Origin: an uncultured Poribacteria bacterium
GTDB lineage: Bacteria > Poribacteria > WGA-4E > WGA-3G
Direction: 5' to 3'
Assembly: GCA_951813565.1 (NCBI GenBank)
Contig: OX638351.1
Location: 2,304,001-2,368,000 of the forward strand
DNA length: 64,000 bases
The translations under genes and the position numbers were made by a program. Each line of letters starts with the position of its first letter. Position 1 is the first letter of the stretch. Of the stretch, positions 21,215-29,913 are shown one piece after another. The notes beneath the pieces are model-generated. The model was not told the DNA's origin. It did no database searches and was given only the letters and a program-made list of their open reading frames with translations.

Positions 21215-22227
21215 ACGTGAGTTTGATAAATAGTTTTAGTTGTTACATGTCATTGGAAACGGATAATTAATATCCTTGAGTTCTTTGCGTTTGAGTGAGG
21301 GTTTTTTCTTCAAATAGGTATAAGCGATCAAGGCAGCAACTGTATTGACTTGGAAGTTAGCATAACTTCTATGCCGTGTGTGTTGGATCTCTGTCTGAGT
21401 TTTGAGTTCTTTATTCACCGGCTCAATGAGCATCCGTTTTTTCAGGAGTTCTGCGTCAGCATCAGATAAGGGTTCGGGTTTCATGTTCTTGCGCACTTTG
21501 TAAACAAGTGACACACCCCCTTCCCGCAGTTTATCCCGCAGCTTTTTGTTGATATACCCTTTATCGGCATAAAGTTTGCCAAATAGCCCTTTGGTCAACT
21601 GTGGCACAGGTTTCCGGTCATCTGTGTTTCCGGGTGTCACCATAGCAGACAACAACTCACCTTGATCGTTGATGACGAGATGCAGTTTGAACCCGTAGAA
21701 CCATCCCATAGAGGTTTTGGATCGTTCTGCCCCATCAGCGAAGACACGATGCGCTGAAATCCGACGATTATGGCAAACTGGAAGTGGCGTTGAGTCAATG
21801 AAGGAAGTCCCATTACATTCACCGAAACGGGTGTTTAGAAGAATAGACAACGGCATCAAAACCTCTTGGGCAAGCTGCACAAACCGACTATAGCTGACAA
21901 GGTTTGGAAACGCCCAACGGAGGTTGCCACAGACATGCTCTTGATAATAGCTTTTGAAGTTTTTACACTTATGTTGATGAAAATAAATAAGTATTGTCAT
22001 AACTTCGCTCGGATGAAGACACCTAAGTCTGCCACGGGTATTGCTTGTTCCGGATATTTCTGGCAACTGGTGTTGTGCTTGATATTGTTCATACAAAAGA
22101 AAAAAGTCGTCAATTTTACAGAAAAGTGTTATGATATCCATCAGAGAACTCCTTTGTGAGTATTTGGTATACTTCATAATAACAAAGGGGTTCTCTATTT
22201 ACCAGTTTTTAATTATCAAACTCACGT
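21215..22227 (-). mobile_element. IS982-family insertion sequence
   Basis: 15-bp perfect TIRs ACGTGAGTTTGATAA and a 7-bp TSD TATCACA (21208-21214, 22228-22234). Confidence 0.92.
21236..22141 (-). CDS. IS982-family DDE transposase
   Basis: Motifs IDSTP, GWFYGFKLHL, YADKGY and R..IE. The start could alternatively be 22177. Confidence 0.9.
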   Translation of the reverse strand: MDIITLFCKIDDFFLLYEQYQAQHQLPEISGTSNTRGRLRCLHPSEVMTILIYFHQHKCKNFKSYYQEHVCGNLRWAFPNLVSYSRFVQLAQEVLMPLSILLNTRFGECNGTSFIDSTPLPVCHNRRISAHRVFADGAERSKTSMGWFYGFKLHLVINDQGELLSAMVTPGNTDDRKPVPQLTKGLFGKLYADKGYINKKLRDKLREGGVSLVYKVRKNMKPEPLSDADAELLKKRMLIEPVNKELKTQTEIQHTRHRSYANFQVNTVAALIAYTYLKKKPSLKRKELKDINYPFPMTCNN

Positions 22228-22371
22228 TATCACACATCCCACAGTTCCAAACAAGACAGCTGCACCCAATGAGCATATCTGTAATAGGCAAGAATTCAAT
22301 CGGATCAACCGGGCTCGGTTCGGCGTATAGAGTTTCGCTTATGATGAAAACCGCATGAATAGTTTCCATTT

Positions 22372-23205
22372 TTACGTCCCTGTGATGATTTTAGTTATCC
22401 CTTCATTCAGACTACCGGAACGATACCCCTGTAGGTCAAGCGTGACGTGTGCGTATCCGAGCGTTTTAAAGTGTGCGCTGATTTGAGTGCGCGTTTCTTG
22501 TTGGCGTAGTAGTGCAATTTCCCTCGCTTCAAGTTCAATTCGGGCAAGCTCACCGTGATGACGAACACGGAACTGGCGGACACCTAAATCGTAAAGGAAT
22601 TGTTCGGCAGCGTCAACCTGACGTAGCAATTCACGTGTGATGCGCATGCCGTAAGGAAACCTTGAGGATAAGCAGGCAAATGCCGGTTTATCCCATGTTG
22701 GTAGGTCCCAAGCTTTTGAAATCTCGCGTATTTCTGCTTTTGTGAGGTCAACATCAATTAAAGGGGCTTGGATACCCATCTGTTTCGCTGCATCCATTCC
22801 TGGGCGGTGGTCGCCAACGTCATCTGGAATTGCTCCGTATACGATAGTTCCTACATTATATTTCTCTGCGATTGGGCGTAGTTTATCAAATAACTCTGTT
22901 TTGCAAAAGAAACAGCGATTGGTCGGATTGCTCGCGTATCCTTCCAGTTCTAACTCTTCGGTGTGAACCGTTTCAAAACGGATGCCTATCTGTTTGGCAA
23001 TATCTTGCGCAGCTTTCATTTCTCGGATAGGATAAGAATCGGAGATTGCGGTAACAGCGAGGGCGTTATCACCTAAAGCATGTTGTGCCGCCTCAGCAAG
23101 AAATGTGCTGTCAACGCCACCTGAAAAGGCGACAATGACTTTTTCATAGTCTTGTAGGCAATCGTAGAGTTGGTTTAATTTTGTTTGTAGTGGTTTTGGT
23201 ATCAT
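22372..23205 (-). CDS. larE: ATP-dependent sulfur transferase LarE family
   Basis: PP-loop SGGVDS, RCFFCK, DD.GDHRPG and ACLSSRFPYG. Confidence 0.88.
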   Translation of the reverse strand: MIPKPLQTKLNQLYDCLQDYEKVIVAFSGGVDSTFLAEAAQHALGDNALAVTAISDSYPIREMKAAQDIAKQIGIRFETVHTEELELEGYASNPTNRCFFCKTELFDKLRPIAEKYNVGTIVYGAIPDDVGDHRPGMDAAKQMGIQAPLIDVDLTKAEIREISKAWDLPTWDKPAFACLSSRFPYGMRITRELLRQVDAAEQFLYDLGVRQFRVRHHGELARIELEAREIALLRQQETRTQISAHFKTLGYAHVTLDLQGYRSGSLNEGITKIITGT

Positions 23206-23400
23206 TTATTCAGTCCCGAGGTGTTATGTTAGGATGTATGCTATTTGTCATAAGTCAAGTTTTAAGATCATCCACGAGTTCTTTCACATGGGTAAATCTG
23301 GCTTACAAAGCCCTCCTACAAGAGACAGAGGTCGCGATTCGGAGATCGCTCCTACAAGAGATAGAGCGGTTTTGGTAACATCTGTTCACATCCTAACGTG

Positions 23401-23994
23401 CTATAAAGGTCTGTCAGCTTGTTGTATCTTTTCCAATTCACTACGAAGCAATTGTCTTTTTAAGCCGCTAATCCTGTCAATAAAAAGTGTTCCATTGAGA
23501 TGATCAATTTCGTGTTGGATCACACGAGCGAGAAGTCCATCCGCTTCAATCTGAATATCTTCGCCGTAGTCGTTCATTGCTTTAACGACTATCTTTTCCG
23601 GACGTTTCACATCAGCACGGAGGTCAGGGATGCTTAGACATCCTTCTTCTGCCACACTTTCACCTTCAACACTCAAAATTTCAGGATTGAACAGCATGAT
23701 CGGTTCATAGTCTGCGTCTTCTGGGTCTATATCAACAATAAGGAATCGTTTTAAAACGCCAACTTGCGTTGCTGCGAGTCCGATGCCGTTTGTAGCGTAG
23801 AGTGTCATCAACATCTCTCGAGCAAGTTTGGTTTCAATGTCTGTGATTTCCTGAACGGGTTCCGCTCTTTTGCGGAGGATAGGATCACCATAATAACGAA
23901 GTTGCAGCGGTTTTGTTTTTGGTAAGCGTGGTATTTCGTCTACGCCTTGGTCTTCAGATTGTCTGTTTTTACGTTTTCTTTTCGGTTTTGACAT
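23401..23994 (-). CDS. def: Peptide deformylase
   Basis: GIGLAATQVG, EGCLS and QHEIDH. Start placed at ATG 23994, downstream of the promoter. Confidence 0.93.
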   Translation of the reverse strand: MSKPKRKRKNRQSEDQGVDEIPRLPKTKPLQLRYYGDPILRKRAEPVQEITDIETKLAREMLMTLYATNGIGLAATQVGVLKRFLIVDIDPEDADYEPIMLFNPEILSVEGESVAEEGCLSIPDLRADVKRPEKIVVKAMNDYGEDIQIEADGLLARVIQHEIDHLNGTLFIDRISGLKRQLLRSELEKIQQADRPL

Positions 23995-24043
23995 GCGTTG
24001 GACAATTTCTCCATTATTCTTCGTCAATGAAAAAGTTTTAAAT

Positions 24044-24072
24044 ATCATAACACTTGTAGTGGAGTATGTCAA
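24044..24072 (-). promoter_or_regulatory. sigma70 promoter of def
   Basis: TTGACA-N17-TATGAT on the minus strand. Confidence 0.7.
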
Positions 24073-24088
24073 GTAAAATTAGATGTGG

Positions 24089-24220
24089 GGGTGTGTAAAG
24101 TTTTTGGCATGAATACTCTTTTCTTTTGTTGGAGGGGTTTTCAACCCCGATTTATCGGGCTTACAAGGTTTCCCTCCAACAAGAAAATGGCATGGTTAAT
24201 GCAAATATATTTACACACCC
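24089..24220. repeat. MITE-like element (family E)
   Basis: Ends GGGTGTGTAAA / TTTACACACCC around a REP-like doublet; related to 50082-50427. Confidence 0.55.
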
Positions 24221-24277
24221 ATTGAAGAATCAGATTTACAATATCCCTGCAAATTTAGCTTTATGGCTTGAGCAGCA

Positions 24278-24868
24278 TTACTCACGAAATGTTACGCGAT
24301 CATAAATTTCACGTAAAGGCAGTTCACATTGAACTGAAATAAGTGGTAGGCGTTCCTCAAGGTTTTGAAAATCGGTGAGAATCCAATTGTTCTCTTGGCG
24401 GCAGAAGTGTTCAACACAAATCTTGTCTTGTGCAACAAGGATGTATTCCTGTAAAGATGGCAGCTGTCGGTAGTGAATAAATTTTTCACCGCGATCATAA
24501 GCCTCTGTTGAAGGTGACAGAACTTCTACGAGAATAATTGGATTAAGGAGTATATCAAAGACATCATCTTCAAAACGCGGTTCTTCACAAACGACAACAA
24601 CATCGGGGTAAAAATAGGATGAAGTACTGGGTGTACTTACCCGCATTTCGTTTGCATAAGTTTCGCATTCGCTGCCTTTCAGGAGATTGCGAAGTTCACC
24701 AGATATATTACTGGTAATAAGATTATGCGCGCGACTTGCACCGGACATCGCGATTATTTTACCCTTAACGTACTCACTTCTAACCGTTTCTCCGTTAGGT
24801 ATCGCCTTGCGTTCTAAAGTAATGTATTCTTCAGGTGTAAGGTATGTTTGTGCTGCAGAACTTGCCAT
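24278..24868 (-). CDS. Uma2 family (DUF820) PD-(D/E)xK-like protein
   Basis: YPDVVVVC, VEVLSPST.AYDRG.K and LQEYILV. Confidence 0.9.
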   Translation of the reverse strand: MASSAAQTYLTPEEYITLERKAIPNGETVRSEYVKGKIIAMSGASRAHNLITSNISGELRNLLKGSECETYANEMRVSTPSTSSYFYPDVVVVCEEPRFEDDVFDILLNPIILVEVLSPSTEAYDRGEKFIHYRQLPSLQEYILVAQDKICVEHFCRQENNWILTDFQNLEERLPLISVQCELPLREIYDRVTFRE

Positions 24869-24969
24869 GGGCTCCTCCGGTAATTCACTGATAATTCATT
24901 GTAGCGTAATCGGGAGTGTGTGTCAAGGTGTGAACGAAAGATTTTAGCGAGAAATGAAACGACTTTTTA

Positions 24970-26553
24970 TCACGGGGCTTTCATGAGATAAAGGTGAAAA
25001 CCTTCATCACCGATTGTAGAACCTGTAAATTTTTCTAAAAGTGTAAGTTGATACTCTTCAATCTGCGATACATTCAAAGCAACACTCATGATAACTAGTA
25101 CGTCTTGGGAGTTTTGCGTACTTAGCGTTTTGGCTTCTTTGACGACGTCTCTGTTAGAGACACTATGTGTTCTGGCTTTGTCCCACCTGACAAATGAACC
25201 GAATCGTCTGCCACGAGGATAATAAACTTGATCTTTTTCAAGGTAACCGACAACGGTACTCACCGAAGGGTCGCTATGCCCCACCATGAGCATATCTTGC
25301 ATATCTTGAGCTTTGATATACTCAGCAGTCCTTTTTCCGTTAGAGAAGATGTGTTTAATATCCATACGGACAGCGGTGATGCCACCGAGAAAATGAACAG
25401 CAAGGATGATGGCGAAAACGAGACTAAATAGCCGTTGTGCCAATTCACTGATACGATTGAATTTCAGTTTTATCTCAGGACAATCATAGTAAATCCAACT
25501 TGCCAGAACAAACGTGAAGAACAGAAACCCATGATGACGTATACTACCGCCATACTTTACATAGAAAAATGCAAGGAGTCCAACCGTGGCTATGAGGTAA
25601 GTCAGAAGTGCGGTTGGACGTTTCAAGAAACGGATAACACACCAAAGGACGATAAGATAGCAAAGCGGTAATCGGATTAGTTGAAAGAGCGGGTAGCTAT
25701 TGAGTTGATGACTACCCCAAAATCCCATGGATGCTCTTGGGGACGGCAGCATGGCTTGCGTAATGATTTTGGTGATGTTGTTCATACGTTGGACTGTAAA
25801 ATTGAAGTTCCATCCGACGGCAAACCCAGTATCAGCGGGTGGATTGAGTTGTAGGACAGCAGTCACAATACCAACGCCGATGAGAGCAAAACCTATCCAT
25901 ATTTGTCGTCTATCTTCTGTAAGCGCTTCTTCTTTGCAGCAGTAGAAATAGAGGTATTCACACATAAGCGCGAATCCAATGGCAATGGTAACGATGAGGG
26001 CATGCACGCTGGTATGTGCAAGCAGTATTAGGACAATCCCAACCCATACAAATCGTTTGTAACGTTCTCTATAAAGCACACAAAAGATAGTGATAAGTAG
26101 CACACCAAGCGCATAATTTCGGGCAACAATAGCATATTCGTAGAGTGCGAAATATCCGAAAGCAAAAAGAAATTTGTGTAACCGATTAAACGGCGCATAG
26201 CGTGTGAAAAGAAAAACCGTTGTGGCAGCAATCAGGAGATGAAACACCTGCATAATAACAGGTGATGCGGTGATACGACTGAGAGGCATTAGGCAGAGAT
26301 GCCATAAGGCTGGATGCCCCTCATATTTCATATTCGCAAAGAGTTCAAAGACAGATGCACTATCTCTTGCGAGGAGCCACGCTTGGATTTCATCTCGCCA
26401 CATTTCATGATGTGTCGCGGCAAAACCACACACAAGCAGGAAAAGAACTGTCACCCCGATCGCGTAGTACAATTCCTTTTTGGCAAACGAAGCCTGATGG
26501 TCAGATTCTTGGTCTTTATGTTGTAAGGATTGGAAGGAATTCTGGAAAGACAT
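24970..26553 (-). CDS. Polytopic membrane protein, GT-C glycosyltransferase-like
   Basis: 'HEMWRDE.QAW..A', 'YEGHP.LW' and 'YEY...ARNY', with many TM helices. Confidence 0.65.
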   Translation of the reverse strand: MSFQNSFQSLQHKDQESDHQASFAKKELYYAIGVTVLFLLVCGFAATHHEMWRDEIQAWLLARDSASVFELFANMKYEGHPALWHLCLMPLSRITASPVIMQVFHLLIAATTVFLFTRYAPFNRLHKFLFAFGYFALYEYAIVARNYALGVLLITIFCVLYRERYKRFVWVGIVLILLAHTSVHALIVTIAIGFALMCEYLYFYCCKEEALTEDRRQIWIGFALIGVGIVTAVLQLNPPADTGFAVGWNFNFTVQRMNNITKIITQAMLPSPRASMGFWGSHQLNSYPLFQLIRLPLCYLIVLWCVIRFLKRPTALLTYLIATVGLLAFFYVKYGGSIRHHGFLFFTFVLASWIYYDCPEIKLKFNRISELAQRLFSLVFAIILAVHFLGGITAVRMDIKHIFSNGKRTAEYIKAQDMQDMLMVGHSDPSVSTVVGYLEKDQVYYPRGRRFGSFVRWDKARTHSVSNRDVVKEAKTLSTQNSQDVLVIMSVALNVSQIEEYQLTLLEKFTGSTIGDEGFHLYLMKAP

Positions 26554-26562
26554 GTAGTGTTT

Positions 26563-27678
26563 CTAATGTACGCCTAAACTGGAAATAGGTAACCATAAAC
26601 CACCCGTGCTGCGTGTGATGAATCTTTGGAAAGGTTCATCAAGACCTATGACATCCACCTTGATTTTAGTCTCACTCATTTTAGTTAGCACATCACGTGC
26701 AGAATAGTTACCACTGACATATTCGTCAGTGATCAAAATGAAGTGTACATCAGCATTTTGTCTGAAGTCTACTTCGTCAGTGGCGCGGATAAGGGCATCT
26801 ATCGCTTTTTCACCACCACGACATTTCACTTGTGCAAGAGCTCTTTTGATTTGAGAGATAGAACGGGTCTGTGGAATAACATCGAGAGCTAAACCCAACA
26901 TGTTTTCTCGAAAGACGACGATTCCAAGTGTAAAATCAAGTTCAGCGTCGTCAAACAGATCGGTCATGCGATTCAGATGCGTTCGGACTGCGTTAATATT
27001 ATCTTTCATACTACCGCTTGCGTCAATGATGAAAACAATGTCTACGATATCCGTGGTTCGGTTCGTCACAATGTGTTGCCCGATTTGTGTTAGTATTGCG
27101 GTTGGCAGTGCAAGTTCACTAACACTTGGAAGAGTATCGTCAACAGGAGGCTTGAAAGACTGGTATTTTGTCCCACGAAATATATCTTGTGAATCCAATT
27201 TGCCTACTCCTGGGCGACTTTCCATGTCTTGATTAACTGCTGGCACTGTAGAATTTATACCGGATTTATTGATGTCTAAAATACGAGGAGTCGGAAGCGA
27301 AAAACCGCGTAACGGGGTTACTGGATTCTCATTCACAATTGGTGTTGTAGCAGGTAAGGATGCCACTGGGGGATTTACCGCAGTTTCTATCTGCTTTTGC
27401 CTGATTGGGACCAATTTTGGAGGAATATACTGTTCTCGTTTTAATTTACGTAAAGCCCGTTGTGAAGGAATCTTTGATAATTCGACGTATGTTATGTCTT
27501 TTATCGAACTTGGTTCAGTTTGGTGTAGTACTCTCATGGCAGAAACCAGAACGATATGAATAACGATAGAGAGGATGAGGGCGTAGTAGATGGTTTTTGT
27601 AATTTTAGGTTTCATACCACACATCCATGATTTTGTCGGAATGCACATATCTTTGCAACTTCCGGCAAAATAAAACAT
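26563..27678 (-). CDS. Membrane-anchored vWA domain protein
   Basis: TM helix 'SIVIHIVL', MIDAS DASGSM and LITDE. The true start may be ~27615. Confidence 0.8.
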   Translation of the reverse strand: MFYFAGSCKDMCIPTKSWMCGMKPKITKTIYYALILSIVIHIVLVSAMRVLHQTEPSSIKDITYVELSKIPSQRALRKLKREQYIPPKLVPIRQKQIETAVNPPVASLPATTPIVNENPVTPLRGFSLPTPRILDINKSGINSTVPAVNQDMESRPGVGKLDSQDIFRGTKYQSFKPPVDDTLPSVSELALPTAILTQIGQHIVTNRTTDIVDIVFIIDASGSMKDNINAVRTHLNRMTDLFDDAELDFTLGIVVFRENMLGLALDVIPQTRSISQIKRALAQVKCRGGEKAIDALIRATDEVDFRQNADVHFILITDEYVSGNYSARDVLTKMSETKIKVDVIGLDEPFQRFITRSTGGLWLPISSLGVH

Positions 27679-27905
27679 AAAGATTCTATAAGTTTGCCAA
27701 ACTTTCGGATAGGTTGGACTTGACGTCCTCGCTTGTGTTTATTATTGCATAAGCACGTATGCAATTTCAAGTTAAAGTTGTGTATTGGTATGAATATTAT
27801 CTCAACAGATAGGGTTGAGATGCGATACTTGAGGAATTCATTTTCTGTCTGAATCTCGGATTGTAAGAATTATGCGGATTCGTAGGGTTTCACATGTATT
27901 CAACC

Positions 27906-28168
27906 ATAACTGTCAATTTAGTGGTCCGCCACCCTGGCAGGCGCGTTTTTTCTCTTGTGGGAGTGAATCAACGCCCAAATGCGCTTGGTAGAATGCGCGC
28001 ATGGCATTCTACATGATTTGGCGGGTTTGTAACCCCGATACACAGTAAATCGCGCGGACAAAGCGCTCCCACAATGTCCGAGGCGACAAATACCATACGC
28101 GTATTTGGCGTTGATTTGGCAATAAATTGCGCGACTACAAACGCGTTATTTCTTAAATTGACACCTAT
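27906..28168. mobile_element. MITE family A with ~20-bp direct repeats
   Basis: Ends ATAACTGTCAATTTA / TAAATTGACACCTAT, flanked by GGGTTTCACATGTATTCAAC at 27885 and 28169. Confidence 0.8.
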
Positions 28169-28395
28169 GGGTTTCACATGTATTCAACTAACCTATAAAG
28201 TGATAAATCTATCTCATTTCCAACTATAAAAATTAGGAAACTTTAATTTTTTATAATCGTTATATATTTTGTGAAAAATGTTGGGTACCCTGAAGCATTT
28301 TACTTAACATATCTCAATATATTTCCGAATAAAGATAACACTACACCTATTCAATAAACTAAAGCAACGCCCCTCTTGATCGGAGATGCTTCTGA

Positions 28396-29637
28396 ATGAA
28401 CCCAAATCAAAAAATTCAAAAACTGACCTCGCTTCTCAATAAACATCATGAATATCGCAAAACCTGCCTAAATCTCATTGCTTCAGAAAACACGCCTTCT
28501 CCATTAGTAGAAGAACTTTTTGACGAAAGATTGGCTCGGCGATACGGAAATTATGCTGGTATTGATCTTTATCAGCGAAACTACAAAGGCAATCGCCATA
28601 TCACTGAAATAGAGGCGTGGACACAGGAATTAGCAAAAGAACTGTTCAATGTGGCGTTCGTTGATTTCCGACCGCTCTCTGGAAACATCGCGGGTATTGC
28701 AGCGACATTCGCGTTAGGAGAACCGGGTGATATAGCATTAGAAGTTCATCACGGTCATAGTTATGCCCATAAACTTGCTTCGTCTCCGCTCAAAGTAGAC
28801 TTGCAGTCAATTCCGATTCCGTGGGATGGTCTTCAATCAAACATTGACCTTCCAGCAACACTTGAACTGATTGAAAAACACAAGCCGAAAATAGTAAATA
28901 TAGGTTCTGGCGTATTTCTTTTTCCGCAACCTGTTGCGGAACTTAAAAGCGCAATGCGTCAAGCAAATCCAAACTCCTATCTCATCTATGACGCGGCACA
29001 CGTTATTGGCCTTATCGCTGGTGGAAGATTTCAGTCGCCATTTGAAGAAGGCGCGGATGTTATCATTTCCAGTACGCACAAAACCCTTGCGGGACCGCAA
29101 GGTGGCATGATCTTAACCAACGATAAATCTATTGCGGAACGAATTGGAAAAACGTTATATCCGTTGCTGATGAGCAACCATCATTTGAGTCGTTTGCCAG
29201 CATTAGCAGGGACGTTTGTGGAGTGGATGGCATGTGGTGCAGCACATGCAGATGCAATCGTTACTAACGCGAAGGCTTTGGGACAAGCATTAGCGGATCG
29301 TAACATACCGATGCTCGGCGCTGAACTTGGATTTACAGAGTCGCATACGTTGATACCGATTGTGGATGCTTTTGGTGATGATGGGAACGAATTAGCAAAT
29401 CAATTGGAAACATGCCATATAATTGCTGGCGCAGCAAGACTATCTCCCGAAATCGGCACCTCTGGTTTGCGATTTGGTGTGCAAGAGGTTACTCGATGGG
29501 GAATGACACCAGAAGATGCATCGGATATCGCAGATTGTATCCTTGATGCGCTCGCTGGACAATCACCCGATACAGTCAAACCCAAAGTCGCACAAGTAGC
29601 ACAACGTTTTAATACAGTCCAGTTTACGATAAAATAA
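28396..29637 (+). CDS. SHMT-like PLP-dependent enzyme (divergent)
   Basis: LIASEN, YDAAH and STHKTLAGPQGG (PLP lysine); lacks the canonical YAEG and GGHLSH motifs. Confidence 0.8.
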   Translation: MNPNQKIQKLTSLLNKHHEYRKTCLNLIASENTPSPLVEELFDERLARRYGNYAGIDLYQRNYKGNRHITEIEAWTQELAKELFNVAFVDFRPLSGNIAGIAATFALGEPGDIALEVHHGHSYAHKLASSPLKVDLQSIPIPWDGLQSNIDLPATLELIEKHKPKIVNIGSGVFLFPQPVAELKSAMRQANPNSYLIYDAAHVIGLIAGGRFQSPFEEGADVIISSTHKTLAGPQGGMILTNDKSIAERIGKTLYPLLMSNHHLSRLPALAGTFVEWMACGAAHADAIVTNAKALGQALADRNIPMLGAELGFTESHTLIPIVDAFGDDGNELANQLETCHIIAGAARLSPEIGTSGLRFGVQEVTRWGMTPEDASDIADCILDALAGQSPDTVKPKVAQVAQRFNTVQFTIK

Positions 29638-29766
29638 AAGGCAACAAGGATTCAACGTAACGACAAATTTTTGTAACGTTTTAGATTATTGTAACGTTAA
29701 TTTATTATAGTGCTAATGTTTTATAGTTGGATAGGTTTTAACATTTTAGATGATGTTAATGTATTT

Positions 29767-29880
29767 TATAGTAAAATCCAATAATATGTTCACATTTCAA
29801 TGAACAGCAATTCCCACACGCATGCGCTGGCGAGGTTTCCTAACCTCGCCAATGTAAAGGTAATTGTGAATTTTACTATA
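29767..29880. repeat. MITE-like element (family B, TATAGT...ACTATA)
   Basis: Ends TATAGTAAAAT / ATTTTACTATA around a GGCGAGGTT..AACCTCGCC hairpin; related copy at 38965-39134. Confidence 0.55.
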
Positions 29881-29913
29881 AACGGTAAATAACAAGAAAA
29901 AGGAATATTTACT

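Larger units (their letters stand above)
20944..22369 (-). pseudogene. Small membrane protein gene interrupted by IS982
   Basis: The 5' part 22369-22228 and 3' part 21207-20944 rejoin across the TSD as ...GAAVLFGTVGCVIVFRILYRKW.... There is an additional one-base shift near 22266. Confidence 0.55.

Noticed and set aside
24060..24072. IS605 right-end remnant (GGAGTATGTCAA)
   Set aside because: No adjacent hairpin; better explained as the -35 box of the def promoter.
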